A DNA stretch of 64,000 bases from Fibrobacterales bacterium (GTDB lineage: Bacteria > Fibrobacterota > Fibrobacteria > Fibrobacterales > JAOPTW01): NCBI GenBank assembly GCA_051532055.1, contig JAOPTX010000038.1, positions 21,471-85,470 of the forward strand, written 5' to 3'. Of the stretch, positions 35,446-45,863 are shown piece after piece (the first letter of the stretch is position 1; each line of letters opens with the position of its first letter). A program made the position numbers and the translations under genes. The notes below the pieces were generated by a model. The model saw only the letters and a program-made list of their open reading frames with translations. It was not told where the DNA came from and did not search any database.

Positions 35446-35472
35446 TTGGGGGCCTCAAATGAGGCTCCCAAA
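35446..35472. terminator. Hairpin downstream of acs
   Basis: TTGGGGGCCTCA-AA-TGAGGCTCCCAA. Confidence 0.5.
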
Positions 35473-35483
35473 GGGATAGAGAG

Positions 35484-37400
35484 TTATCGTGAGTGTATAT
35501 GTTCTCCCAAAGAACCGGTAATTATCTCATCTACAACCAGTGGGTCAAGAAGAGTTGAGGTGTCGCCAAGGTTACTTGTATCACCTTCGGCAATTTTTTT
35601 AAGAATTCTCCTCATAATTTTTCCTGATCGAGTTTTAGGAAGTCCAGAAACTATCTGAATCCGGTCTGGTTTTGCAATAGGGCCAATAATTTCGCTCACT
35701 TTTGCGAGGATTTCGGCTGCAAGTGTTTCTTCGTTGATATCGACAGAGTCGGCTATGACATAGGCATAGATGCCTTGTCCTTTGATATCATGCGGGAATC
35801 CTACAACTGCAGACTCTATAATGGCGCTATGTTCATTGATAGCGCTTTCAACTTCGGCAGTGCCCATTCTGTGTCCCGATACATTAATAACATCGTCAAC
35901 ACGACCGGTAATACGGTAATAGCCATCCTCATCCCTTTTACAGCCATCTCCTGTAAAATAGAGGCCTTTGTATGTTGAAAAGTAGACCTGTTTACACCGT
36001 TCATGGTCACCATAGGTTGTTCTAATCATAGAAGGCCAGGGGAACTTTATACAGAGATTACCTGTAACATTGTTGCCGGTAATCTCATTGCCTTCGCCAT
36101 CTACTAATATTGGCTGAACGCCCGGTAGGGGAAGGGTTGCATAGGTTGGTTTCTCACTGGTGATTCCCGCAATAGGGGTGATCATAAATCCACCCGTTTC
36201 AGTTTGCCACCATGTATCTACAATAGGGCACCGCTTATTACCAATGTTATCGTGATACCAGTTCCATGCTTCAAGGTTGATAGGCTCTCCTACGGAGCCA
36301 AGTACTTTAAGGTTACTGAGGTCATGCTTTTTAACATAATCAAGGCCATGGGCTTCAAGTGCTCGAATTGCTGTTGGGGCAGTATAAAAAATGTCTACCG
36401 CATGCTTTTCACACACCTCCCAAAATCGACCTGCATCAGGATAGGTGGGGATGCCTTCAAACATCATAGTGGTTGCACCAGCAAGGAGTGGCCCATAAAT
36501 TATATAGGAGTGGCCAGTAATCCAGCCAATATCGGCTGTGCACCAAAAAACCTGCCCCTCTTTATATTGAAAGGTATTACGGAAGGTGTAGTCGGCGTAA
36601 ACCATGTAGCCACCAGTGGTGTGTACGACTCCTTTGGGTTGACCTGTAGAGCCTGAAGTGTAAAGGATGAAGAGCATGTCTTCTGAATCCATAACCTCTG
36701 CAGCACAGGTTTTAGCTACATACTGAATTTCATCATGCCACCAGTGGTCTCTATCCACAGTCATTGAAACAGGGTCGCCAGTACGTTGATATACAATACA
36801 TGATACTACTGTTGGGCAGGTTTTTAATGCTTCATCAACAATGTTCTTGAGGGGTATTGGTTTTGCCCCTCGGTGAGCACCATCCGCTGTAATAACAATT
36901 TTTGCCGCAGCATCATTAACTCTGTCAGAGAGGGCATTTGAAGAAAAGCCTGCAAATACTACTGAATGCACCGCTCCGATACGGGCTGTAGCAAGACAGG
37001 CGATTGCGAGCTCAGGAACCATTGGCATATAGAGGCAGACACGGTCCCCTTTTTCTACTCCATGGGCCTTCAGTACGTTTGCAAACTGACAGACGCGTTC
37101 ATGGAGTTCGCCATAGGTTATGCTAATCGAAGCTTCAGTGGGGTCATTAGGTTCCCAAAGTATTGCAGTTTGATTTCTTCGACTGAGAAGGTGGCGGTCA
37201 AGGCAGTTTTCGGTAATGTTAAGTTTGCCATTGATAAACCATTCAGCATGCGCCTCTTTAAAGTCCCATTTAAGAATTGAGTCCCAGCGTTTTTTCCAAG
37301 TGAATTTTTCAGCCTTTTCTTCCCAGAAAGCCTCTGGGGTTTGAACGCTTTTTTGGTATTCGCGGGTGTAATCTTCAAATGAGGTGATGTCAAGTGCCAT
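35484..37400 (-). CDS. acs: Acetyl-CoA synthetase
   Basis: '[11 protein letters not shown]', '[10 protein letters not shown]', '[13 protein letters not shown]', '[11 protein letters not shown]'. Confidence 0.97.
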   Translation of the reverse strand: MALDITSFEDYTREYQKSVQTPEAFWEEKAEKFTWKKRWDSILKWDFKEAHAEWFINGKLNITENCLDRHLLSRRNQTAILWEPNDPTEASISITYGELHERVCQFANVLKAHGVEKGDRVCLYMPMVPELAIACLATARIGAVHSVVFAGFSSNALSDRVNDAAAKIVITADGAHRGAKPIPLKNIVDEALKTCPTVVSCIVYQRTGDPVSMTVDRDHWWHDEIQYVAKTCAAEVMDSEDMLFILYTSGSTGQPKGVVHTTGGYMVYADYTFRNTFQYKEGQVFWCTADIGWITGHSYIIYGPLLAGATTMMFEGIPTYPDAGRFWEVCEKHAVDIFYTAPTAIRALEAHGLDYVKKHDLSNLKVLGSVGEPINLEAWNWYHDNIGNKRCPIVDTWWQTETGGFMITPIAGITSEKPTYATLPLPGVQPILVDGEGNEITGNNVTGNLCIKFPWPSMIRTTYGDHERCKQVYFSTYKGLYFTGDGCKRDEDGYYRITGRVDDVINVSGHRMGTAEVESAINEHSAIIESAVVGFPHDIKGQGIYAYVIADSVDINEETLAAEILAKVSEIIGPIAKPDRIQIVSGLPKTRSGKIMRRILKKIAEGDTSNLGDTSTLLDPLVVDEIITGSLGEHIHSR

Positions 37401-37525
37401 AGATATGCCTTACACAGTTTTGGGAACATCTAATGAATGTAGTTTTGTAACATGTGTTACGGTAAGCGGTGGCCTTAAAAGTACAACTATGAATTAAACT
37501 TTAAGCTTTTAGTGTAAAGTGGATG

Positions 37526-37562
37526 TAAAAGAGGGTGTTTCGCTAAAAAACACCCTCTTTTA
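37526..37562. terminator. Terminator of the radical SAM gene
   Basis: TAAAAGAGGGTGTTT-cgctaaa-AAACACCCTCTTTTA perfect inverted repeat. Confidence 0.75.
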
Positions 37563-37590
37563 ATGAAAATTCAAGCGTGACAAAATCACG

Positions 37591-40143
37591 TTAAAAAACT
37601 ATGGCACTCTTGCAAATTGAAAGTTCCCGTGCGTCATCATAAGAAATTTCTAACAGTCCAGAGAATACTGCAAAGGGGCTGATGGCATTGCCATTACTGT
37701 TGGTGGTCAATACCACTTCGAGCGCTCCTTCACTGTTGGTCGAAATTGACTGGATTTCTGGTTGAATAGCAATACGACGCCCTTTATGATTAGTTATGAT
37801 AGGAAGGGACTGGCTATTAAATCGCGAAATAATGTCACTATGATCACAGGGGGTACTGTAGGTATAGGAAATAGTTTGTGCGAAAGCCATCTTTCGATCC
37901 AGGCGTTTCTCTATCGAGTGAATTGCAATTCCTTTAGGGAACATTTTATTGAGTTCGTCAATGTAAGCTTCATCTGTTGGAATCTCTTGAGTGAACTCGA
38001 TAATTACAAATTCACAATGGGAGTGGAGGCCAAGGGGAAGTGCACCACCATTTTGAATTTTTGGTCGTTGATTGTACCCTTTTGAATACCGGAGAGGAGC
38101 ATCGACTCGCATAAATGCTTTTTCGATAAACTTCATAGTATTTTGGTGGGGTAAAAAGCGTGCAAGGTCGCTCTTATTAAAGAGAACTATGTAACTATGT
38201 ACATCATCAATCTCTTCTTTTAAGTCCTCATGCTTTTTAAGAATTTCTTCTTTTGTCAGTGAAGGAGCACCCGCGTATTTATCAGGAGCAGTGGCCATAA
38301 CGGTATCATCACCAGTGCCAGGTATACCACAACTTTGACAGTTGCCTTCCCATTTGCAGTTAGGTACTTCAGGGGATTCAGGCTCAAACATTTTCTTATA
38401 CTCACGTTTGAGATAGCCTTTGTTGACACCGGCATGTATGACATCCCAAGGAAGGAGTTCATCTAAATTTCGTTCGCGCTGTATGTTGGCTACAGGATAA
38501 TTGTGTTTATCCCATATCTCTTCCCAAGTGTCGTGATCAAAGAACTCATTAAATGATTCAAAAATTAATCCTCGCTCATACGCCTCATAAATCATAGGGG
38601 CAATGGAGCGATCCCCCCTACTATAAAATGATTCTAAGTGTGCGGTTTCCCAGCTACTCCAAGAGATTCGGACATTGCGGTTTCTATAAAAGTGATTTTT
38701 TACTTTATAGATGCGCTCAAGAGCTTCCTCTTTGCCAACAAATCCAACCCATTGCATTGGTGTAAAAGTCTTGGGTATAAGGATGCCGATACTTGCATGA
38801 ATAGAAAAATTCTGTTTGTATTTTCTTCCTACAGTGACGAGATTTTCGATGAGTTCAATAAATTCATCCATGTCGTCAATTGTCTCAGTGGGGAGACCAA
38901 TCATAGTGTAGAGCTTAATATTGTTGTAATCGCCACTAAATACATGATGGGCAGCATCAACCATGTTTTGATTGGTAATAGTTTTATTGATCACTTTGCG
39001 GAGGCGATCGCTACCGGTTTCGGGGGCAAAGGTCGCTGATCGACTTGAGCTAATGGCGCTTGTTTTTTCTGCGAGTTCTTTCCCAAATGCATTTACTCTG
39101 AGGGAAGGGAGTGACACATCAGTTTTGCTAAAGTCATCTTCGTTAATCAACACATCAGTGAGGGGTTCAACCTGACTATAATCTGCAGTCGAAAGCGAAA
39201 GAAGCCCGAGTTCATTGCAACCAGTAGCTTTTATGCCTTCTTTTGCAAGATCGACAATGTCATCAGCACCGAGTTCACGTGAAGGCCGATACCAATAGCC
39301 TGCTTGACAAAAACGGCACCCTTGGGTACAGCCGCGCATTACTTCAACAGCATAACGGTCATGGATAGGGCGAATATTGGGAATTAAATTTTTGATGGGG
39401 TAGAGTGTTGGATCAAGGCTTTCCATCCAAGTACGCTTGATCCCTTTATGGTTTTTAAAACCGCGTTGTTGTATATCAACAGGGGCCATCTCGCCTAAAA
39501 AGTTTGGTTCCATTGGGATAAGAGAGGGCACATAAATACCTTGAATTTCAGAGAGAGCTTTTAAAATGGATTCGCGTTTTTCACCTGCTTTACGCATGGT
39601 GCCAACCATTCTAACAATATCAGGAGTCACAAGTTCTCCATCACCTATCACAAAAGCGTCATAAAAGTCAGCAACCGGCTCGGGATTTGCCATGGCAGGG
39701 CCGCCACCAATTACAAAGGGGTGGCTCTCGTTGCGATCTTTACTCCAGGCAGGGATGTTTCCGAGCTCTAGTACATAAGGGACATTGGTAAAATTGAGCT
39801 CTGTCTGGAGTGAAATGCCGACACAATCATACTCCGCAATACTTCTATAGCTTTGATGGGTGTAAAGCGGAATCTCTTCTCTTCTGAGGAGTTCACTCAT
39901 GTCTATCCATGGAGCAAAAGAGGTTTCAGCAAGGAGGTCCTCTTCACGATTCACTACATGGTAGAGTATTTTTAGACCATTATTAGACATGCCCACTTCA
40001 TAAGTGTCGGGAAAAACAAAGGCAATGGTTCCACTGCAGGTGTCAAAATCTTTATAGACACTGTTTGCTTCAGATCCGATATATCGGCCGGGATTGTCCA
40101 CTTGGGAGAGGACTTTTTCAAGTTTTTCGCGTATTTCTACCAT
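37591..40143 (-). CDS. TIGR03960-type radical SAM protein fused to a TIGR03936/DUF2344 radical-SAM-linked domain
   Basis: 'FPDTYEVGMSN', 'RGCTQGCRFCQA', 'FAPETGSDRLR', 'LPWD', 'C...CQSCG'; C-terminal 'RFLPH...YSKGYNQRPK...ALPLG'. Confidence 0.88.
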   Translation of the reverse strand: MVEIREKLEKVLSQVDNPGRYIGSEANSVYKDFDTCSGTIAFVFPDTYEVGMSNNGLKILYHVVNREEDLLAETSFAPWIDMSELLRREEIPLYTHQSYRSIAEYDCVGISLQTELNFTNVPYVLELGNIPAWSKDRNESHPFVIGGGPAMANPEPVADFYDAFVIGDGELVTPDIVRMVGTMRKAGEKRESILKALSEIQGIYVPSLIPMEPNFLGEMAPVDIQQRGFKNHKGIKRTWMESLDPTLYPIKNLIPNIRPIHDRYAVEVMRGCTQGCRFCQAGYWYRPSRELGADDIVDLAKEGIKATGCNELGLLSLSTADYSQVEPLTDVLINEDDFSKTDVSLPSLRVNAFGKELAEKTSAISSSRSATFAPETGSDRLRKVINKTITNQNMVDAAHHVFSGDYNNIKLYTMIGLPTETIDDMDEFIELIENLVTVGRKYKQNFSIHASIGILIPKTFTPMQWVGFVGKEEALERIYKVKNHFYRNRNVRISWSSWETAHLESFYSRGDRSIAPMIYEAYERGLIFESFNEFFDHDTWEEIWDKHNYPVANIQRERNLDELLPWDVIHAGVNKGYLKREYKKMFEPESPEVPNCKWEGNCQSCGIPGTGDDTVMATAPDKYAGAPSLTKEEILKKHEDLKEEIDDVHSYIVLFNKSDLARFLPHQNTMKFIEKAFMRVDAPLRYSKGYNQRPKIQNGGALPLGLHSHCEFVIIEFTQEIPTDEAYIDELNKMFPKGIAIHSIEKRLDRKMAFAQTISYTYSTPCDHSDIISRFNSQSLPIITNHKGRRIAIQPEIQSISTNSEGALEVVLTTNSNGNAISPFAVFSGLLEISYDDARELSICKSAIVF

Positions 40144-40312
40144 GGAATCTGGGGCTGAATTTTGAGCAAATCTATATTAAGCCTGAGCTTATCGCAATGT
40201 ATTGGGATGCTTATTTACACAATTTGAGTTTTTGTTACTAAGTGGGACTCTATAATCTGAGGCATAATATAAAGAGGATGGGTCAAATTACTAAAAAATG
40301 ATTCATTGCACT

Positions 40313-40339
40313 TAATTTTTTAGGGAGGGGTGCCGATAG
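40313..40339 (+). promoter_or_regulatory. Sigma28 (FliA/SigD)-like promoter
   Basis: TAAT-N15-GCCGATAG versus consensus TAAA-N15-GCCGATAA. Confidence 0.55.
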
Positions 40340-40419
40340 ACTAAAAGGTGGTCAAACGTTTGCGGCCAAACCAAAAATATTATATGTTATAATAGAGAAC
40401 AAAGGGATGTGTTACTATT

Positions 40420-40737
40420 ATGAGTATTGGATACGACAGAGAAGTATTGAATCGTTTGATGAGTGACTCTGCATATCACTATGACATGCATTTTAAAGAC
40501 TTTGCACGGCTCTATAAACACTATTCTGAAGAGCCGTTCGATCAAGGACGTGCCATAATAGGATATGGTGGTCAGGCAACTGCACCTCAGGCTGCACCAG
40601 AGCTCTCCACAGAAGAAATGTTGGCTGGTGTTGATGGCACTGCTGATATTCCTACAAGTTCATCCGGTGGTGGCGATGCAGGTGAAGAGCTTCTCGAACA
40701 GGCGGATATCGACGCCCTCCTTGCTCAGATGCAGTAA
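40420..40737 (+). CDS. Small acidic protein ending in a FliM-N/CheZ-C-like motif
   Basis: 105-aa ORF; C-terminus 'LLEQADIDALLAQMQ'. Confidence 0.75.
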   Translation: MSIGYDREVLNRLMSDSAYHYDMHFKDFARLYKHYSEEPFDQGRAIIGYGGQATAPQAAPELSTEEMLAGVDGTADIPTSSSGGGDAGEELLEQADIDALLAQMQ

Positions 40738-40839
40738 TTTTCATTTTAAACGGCGCACTACGGCGTTATATTTCATTCGGTGTACACTAAGGACGCTTTC
40801 ATAAAACATGCCTTGTACTGCACCATTTAAATTGAAAAT
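40737..40839. repeat. ~100-bp imperfect inverted repeat (REP/MITE-like)
   Basis: ATTTTCA-T-TTTAAACGGCGCACTACGGCGT ... ATGCCTTGTACTGCACCATTTAAA-T-TGAAAAT, between convergent genes. Confidence 0.6.
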
Positions 40840-40920
40840 CATATCTATTCGTTGAGTTTTGCTTAGCATTACTTACTTTGCTCTTGTGCTCGGCTTGCTT
40901 TACAAACCATTGCATTCTTT

Positions 40921-42039
40921 TTATTTGCAGCAGCGGAAGCCTACGAATTGGTATTGATTTTGAGGGTAAAAACTGTATTTCGCTTCTTGGCAGGTTGAGG
41001 CATCTTTACTTGAGTAGTTGCCTCCAGAGACGTAGTAGAAGGATGCTCGTTGTTCATGTGGGGTGGATGTCCACTCCCAGATGTTGCCCGACATATCGTA
41101 GTGGCCGTAATATGAACGGCAATCTTTTGCGTGACCGGATCGTTTTGATTTTGTCTCTGTTGTGACACATTGGGCGGGATTGTAGTCTGACCCATAGGGG
41201 TAGTCGGTGTTGAGTTTACCAGAGCATGAGGTTTGCCACTCTTCCTTACTACAGAGGCGTTTGCTTAATGAGCTACAAAGGGCGCTTGCCTCTTTGTGGG
41301 AAACAAAAACTTTTGGGGTTTCGTTGAGAGTATTTGGCCATTCATACAGATCCATGCAGATTGAGGTCCCATCCTTGAGGGGTACGGGAGACATGTTGTT
41401 TGGGCAGGGTGGAATCTTTTGTTTAAACTCATAACTACGAGTGATGGTGTCGGAATGATTACCTGCTGAGTCAATTGCAAAGAATGTAAGGGTGCTATTG
41501 GTTTCAATGCTTAAAGGAGTATTGAAAGAGGAGTATTGCTCAGTTGTACTATACATAACACTGCACTTTGATTCACTACAGCGAGCTTTAATACTTATGG
41601 GTTCATAGTATCGACCGGTGGGTGGGCTCACCTGTATTTTTGGGGCTATGGTGGCAGTTACAATACTCTTTTTTTTCAGGGAACGTTGTATTGCCCTTCG
41701 TGCCTTCTTGGCGGCGTTTGCTTTGTTTTGTGCGTTTTGCGCTTTTAGGACAGAATCCTGAAGTTGCCGAGCTTCTTCTTCAGCAATCTGTTGTCGAAGA
41801 ATAGAGTCTTGTTTGCGGAGGAATGCTATAGAGTCAAGGAGAGTTTTTTGTTCTTCGAGCTCAGCAAGAAGCTTTTCTTTTGCCAAGAGTGATGCTTCTG
41901 CGGCACTTCGAGCTTCTGCCTCCCCTTTCATTTGTGCTAGTTTATATTGCCAAAAAATAAGGAGGAGTAAAATGAGTAATATAAGGAGTGGTATAAGAAT
42001 GCGTTTTTTGGAACGCTTTTTTGAAGATGCTGTTGTCAT
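40921..42039 (-). CDS. Membrane-anchored protein: coiled coil, chitobiase/Fn3-associated domain and Cys-rich FGE/SUMF1-like domain
   Basis: N-terminal TM; 'SPPTGRY...MYST...LTFFAIDSAGN'; 'KRLCSKEEW', 'YPYG', 'DMSGNIWEW', 'VGFRCC'. Confidence 0.85.
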   Translation of the reverse strand: MTTASSKKRSKKRILIPLLILLILLLLIFWQYKLAQMKGEAEARSAAEASLLAKEKLLAELEEQKTLLDSIAFLRKQDSILRQQIAEEEARQLQDSVLKAQNAQNKANAAKKARRAIQRSLKKKSIVTATIAPKIQVSPPTGRYYEPISIKARCSESKCSVMYSTTEQYSSFNTPLSIETNSTLTFFAIDSAGNHSDTITRSYEFKQKIPPCPNNMSPVPLKDGTSICMDLYEWPNTLNETPKVFVSHKEASALCSSLSKRLCSKEEWQTSCSGKLNTDYPYGSDYNPAQCVTTETKSKRSGHAKDCRSYYGHYDMSGNIWEWTSTPHEQRASFYYVSGGNYSSKDASTCQEAKYSFYPQNQYQFVGFRCCK

Positions 42040-42040
42040 G

Positions 42041-42844
42041 TTACTGGTCCTGAGTCTCTTCGATGATAGCGTGAATTTTTTCTTCTATCTGTTTGCTCGA
42101 GATATTGAGAAGAAGTTTGTTGCGGTAGGCGAGAGAAATATATCCGGTCTCTTCTGAAACAATCACTACTACAGCGTCACTCTCATTAGTGAGTGCTTTA
42201 GCTGCTTTGTGTCGCATGCCTACTTTGTTAGATATTTGGCTATCTTCTTGGATCGTTATAATGGGAAGTGTACAACCTGCTGCACGAATGCGGTCACCGT
42301 GGATTATTACGGCGCCATCGTGGAGGGGGGTGTTAGGAAAAAATATTGTTTTTAGAAGTTGAGATGTTACAGCGGCATTCATTTTTATGCCAGTATCGGT
42401 GTAATTTTTGAGCCCCACATTTTGTTCTATAACCATGAGAGCACCAAACTTTTTGAGCGAGAGGTCTTCCGCTGTTTCAATGATCTCTTTAATCACATCG
42501 TGATAGGTATTTGGGTGAAAAAATATTTTACGGAGACTTAAGCTCCCGGCCATTGAGCCAATTCGAGTGAGTCCTCCCCGAAGTTCCGGCTGGAAAATAA
42601 CCACAATTGAGAGAAAACCTATTTTAAGAAGGGTAGAAAAGAGCCAGCTCAGAACAACTAAATCCCACCATGTTGAAACGGTGTAGAGGACAAAGAGCAT
42701 AACAAAGCCCCAGAACATCTGGACAGCACGAGTCCCTCTAAAAAGAATAAAGAGATAGTAAAGAAATATGGTTACAATAGAGAGGTCAACAAGGTCAGTG
42801 ATCCCAAAAGGGATGATATTAAAAATTTTGTAACTATCGTTCAT
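42041..42844 (-). CDS. cdaA: Diadenylate cyclase CdaA/DacA
   Basis: Three N-terminal TMs, 'FQPELR', 'PLHDGAVII', 'GMRHKAA', 'VSEETG'. Confidence 0.92.
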   Translation of the reverse strand: MNDSYKIFNIIPFGITDLVDLSIVTIFLYYLFILFRGTRAVQMFWGFVMLFVLYTVSTWWDLVVLSWLFSTLLKIGFLSIVVIFQPELRGGLTRIGSMAGSLSLRKIFFHPNTYHDVIKEIIETAEDLSLKKFGALMVIEQNVGLKNYTDTGIKMNAAVTSQLLKTIFFPNTPLHDGAVIIHGDRIRAAGCTLPIITIQEDSQISNKVGMRHKAAKALTNESDAVVVIVSEETGYISLAYRNKLLLNISSKQIEEKIHAIIEETQDQ

Positions 42845-43700
42845 ATTGGATTGCCTCTGATAGAGTCAATGCTTCTTTGGTTTCTTTCACATCATGGACT
42901 CTTATGATTGATGCGCCAGCAATTGATGAAATTACAGCCGAAGTGATTGAAGGGATCAGTCGGTCAGATTGTTCGAGGCCAGTAGTCTTTCCAATATAGG
43001 ATTTTCGAGACATACCCATAAGTATGGGGCAATTGAGCACTGATAACCGATACATCTCCCAAATAAGCTGATAGTTGTGGGATACAGTTTTACCAAAACC
43101 AATACCGGGATCTACGCACACTTTCGAAAGCGGGTACCCCTTATGGGTAAGTTGTGAAATGGTGTGGTCAAGGGACGAAATAATGTCGTCAAAAAGGTTG
43201 GTGTAATCAGGCTTGTTCTGCATGGTTTGTGGAGTACCCTGAATATGGTTAAGTACAACACTTGCACCCGTTTCGATAACGACATCAATCATTTTTTTAT
43301 CTGTAGTGAGGGCTGAGATATCATTGATAATAGTTGCGCCTGATTCAACCGCTTTTTGTGCAACAGGTGCTTTGGTTGTATCGATAGAAATGAATATTTG
43401 GGCCGGGTCAATAGTGCCAGATAGTTTTTTAATTATGGGAATAACTCGTGAAAGTTCTTCATCCACAGATACTACCGCAGCGTTAGGTCGTGATGACTCG
43501 CCACCAATGTCAATGATTGCCGCACCTTCACTAATCATCTGCATTGCTTGGTCAAACTGTTTATCGAGAGAATTGTGAAATCCCCCGTCATGAAATGAAT
43601 CGGGGGTTACATTAAGAATACCCATAAGAGCTGTGCCACGGGGATTGAGATAGGTATCCCCGATTCTCCATGGACGGCGTGCACAGCTTTGTAATGCCAT
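42834..43700 (-). CDS. folP: Dihydropteroate synthase
   Basis: 'MGILNVTPDSF', 'DIGGESSRP', 'DPGIGFGK', 'SRKS', 'RVHDV'. Confidence 0.97.
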   Translation of the reverse strand: MALQSCARRPWRIGDTYLNPRGTALMGILNVTPDSFHDGGFHNSLDKQFDQAMQMISEGAAIIDIGGESSRPNAAVVSVDEELSRVIPIIKKLSGTIDPAQIFISIDTTKAPVAQKAVESGATIINDISALTTDKKMIDVVIETGASVVLNHIQGTPQTMQNKPDYTNLFDDIISSLDHTISQLTHKGYPLSKVCVDPGIGFGKTVSHNYQLIWEMYRLSVLNCPILMGMSRKSYIGKTTGLEQSDRLIPSITSAVISSIAGASIIRVHDVKETKEALTLSEAIQYER

Positions 43701-43703
43701 GTG

Positions 43704-45863
43704 TTATTTTAGTTCGCTATCGTCGGCGTTAGAGTCAGCGTTTGGCTCTTCTGCAGATGGAGTCGCTAGAGCATCTGAGGTAACATCAATTGCTGGGACG
43801 CCATCTGGATTGCGTTCTTTTGCTTTTTGAAGTTCATCAATTGCATTTTCAATGGCGAGCTCTTTCTGTTTTTTAATCTCTTTGTCTTCAATCATTTTTT
43901 GATACTGTCTAGACTTTTTAGAAGACTCAAGGGTATTGCCATCAAGTACCTCAAGAATTTCTTCACGATCAAGTACTTCATGTTCAAGGAGTGCTTCTGC
44001 AAGGCGCGTTAGAGTGTCGCGGTTCTCTTCGAGAATTCGGTCTACCCGGTGCATTTGTTCGTCAATAATTGAGCGAACTACTTCATCAATGCGTATTGAC
44101 GTTTGTTCAGAAAAGCCTTGATGTTTTTGAATGTCTCTTCCAAGGAAAACTTCTTCTTGTTTTTGACCATAACAGATTGGGCCAAGTTCATCAGTCATTC
44201 CCCATTCCGTAGTCATTCGTCGTGCAAGCTCTGAGGCTCGTTCAATATCATTTGATGCGCCAGTATTTCGTTGATTAAATACAAGGTGCTCAGCAGAACG
44301 GCCGGCAAGTAAAATTGCAATTTGATCTTGGATAAAAAGTTTATCCATTGTGTACCGATCTTTCTCGGGGAGTGAAAAGGTGATTCCTAGCGCTCTACCC
44401 CGTGGGATAATAGTGAGTTTGTGCAAGGTGTCAGCATTTTCCATGAGGTGTGTGATGAGTGCGTGGCCTGCTTCGTGATAGGCTGTTGTGCGTTTTTCAT
44501 CATCAGTCATTACTCGTGATCGTCGTTCAGTGCCTATCATGATTTTGTCTTTAGCTTCTTCAAAGTCGAGCATAGAAACTGTTTTAGCGTTGAAGCGTGC
44601 TGCAAGGAGACTTGCTTCATTAATCAAGTTTTCAAGGTCGGCACCGGTGAGTCCAGGAGTTCCTTTTGCGAGAGTTTCTATTTCGATGTCATCAGCGAGA
44701 GGGGTTTTTCTTTTCTTGAGGTGTACTTCAAGGATCTCTTTTCTGCCTTTAACATCAGGAGCATCAACAACAATTTGTCGATCAAATCGTCCAGGGCGTA
44801 AGAGTGCTTTGTCGAGAACATCTGCTCGATTTGTTGCAGCAATGAGGATTACTCCTTCGTTGCCATCAAAGCCATCCATCTCCACAAGAAGCTGGTTGAG
44901 TGTTTGTTCACGTTCATCATGTCCACCACCAAGGCCTGCACCACGTTGACGTCCGACTGCATCAATTTCATCAATAAAGAGAATACATGGAGCATTCTTT
45001 TTACCGGTTTCAAATAGATCACGAACTCGCGAAGCGCCAACACCAACAAACATCTCTACAAAATCCGAACCTGATACAGAGAAGAATGGTACGCCCGCTT
45101 CGCCTGCAACAGCGCGAGCAAGAAGTGTTTTACCTGTACCTGGAGGGCCTAATAGGAGCGCGCCTTTTGGGATCTTTGCTCCAATTTCATTGTACTTTTT
45201 AGGACTTTTCAAAAAATCGACAATCTCTTGAAGGTCTTCTTTGGCTTCTTCACATCCTGCAACATCAGCAAAAATTTGTTTTGCTTTTGAACCATCATTG
45301 AGCTTCGCCTTGCTTTTACCCATGCTAAAGAGTCCACGGCCTCCTTGACCGCCTCCTTGGCGAGCCATCATAAACCAGAAAAAGGCAATGATTAAAATGA
45401 GGGGTATAAAGGTGAAGAGGTGACTCATCCAGCCTGAAGTATCATGCATCACTTCTATGTGAATACTTTTATTTTTCTCCCATTCGATAATAATATCATG
45501 GGGGACTTCGAGCATGTGCGTGTTGAACTCACGGTAATCTTTTTGTTGGTCCTGCTTGACCTTGAAGAAACTCTCATCTTGGGTTTCGGGGGTGCGTTCA
45601 TCAGCAGTGAGTACTTTACGGCCGGTGATATTGACGCCGTCAGCATATTTCTGGAGCTTTAGTTTATGGACAATCACTTCAGGGTCAGACATCCATTTTA
45701 GGAACTCGGTACGAGAAACGGTAGAACCACCCATCTCAGTGGAGTAGAGGTTGAGTAGAATAACTGCTAATACTACCATAAAGAGAACCAGCATGAGGTT
45801 CTTATTTTTTACAGGTGGTTTTTCAGGTTTCTTGTTTTGACTGTTCATTGGGTCTTTTTGCAT
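43704..45863 (-). CDS. ftsH: ATP-dependent zinc metalloprotease FtsH
   Basis: Two TMs, 'GPPGTGKT', 'FIDEID', 'RPGRFDR', 'HEAGH'. Confidence 0.98.
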   Translation of the reverse strand: MQKDPMNSQNKKPEKPPVKNKNLMLVLFMVVLAVILLNLYSTEMGGSTVSRTEFLKWMSDPEVIVHKLKLQKYADGVNITGRKVLTADERTPETQDESFFKVKQDQQKDYREFNTHMLEVPHDIIIEWEKNKSIHIEVMHDTSGWMSHLFTFIPLILIIAFFWFMMARQGGGQGGRGLFSMGKSKAKLNDGSKAKQIFADVAGCEEAKEDLQEIVDFLKSPKKYNEIGAKIPKGALLLGPPGTGKTLLARAVAGEAGVPFFSVSGSDFVEMFVGVGASRVRDLFETGKKNAPCILFIDEIDAVGRQRGAGLGGGHDEREQTLNQLLVEMDGFDGNEGVILIAATNRADVLDKALLRPGRFDRQIVVDAPDVKGRKEILEVHLKKRKTPLADDIEIETLAKGTPGLTGADLENLINEASLLAARFNAKTVSMLDFEEAKDKIMIGTERRSRVMTDDEKRTTAYHEAGHALITHLMENADTLHKLTIIPRGRALGITFSLPEKDRYTMDKLFIQDQIAILLAGRSAEHLVFNQRNTGASNDIERASELARRMTTEWGMTDELGPICYGQKQEEVFLGRDIQKHQGFSEQTSIRIDEVVRSIIDEQMHRVDRILEENRDTLTRLAEALLEHEVLDREEILEVLDGNTLESSKKSRQYQKMIEDKEIKKQKELAIENAIDELQKAKERNPDGVPAIDVTSDALATPSAEEPNADSNADDSELK

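Noticed and set aside
40741..40915. Short minus-strand ORFs (38 and 42 aa) downstream of the FGE-like gene
   Set aside because: No convincing RBS, and they run through the inverted repeat.
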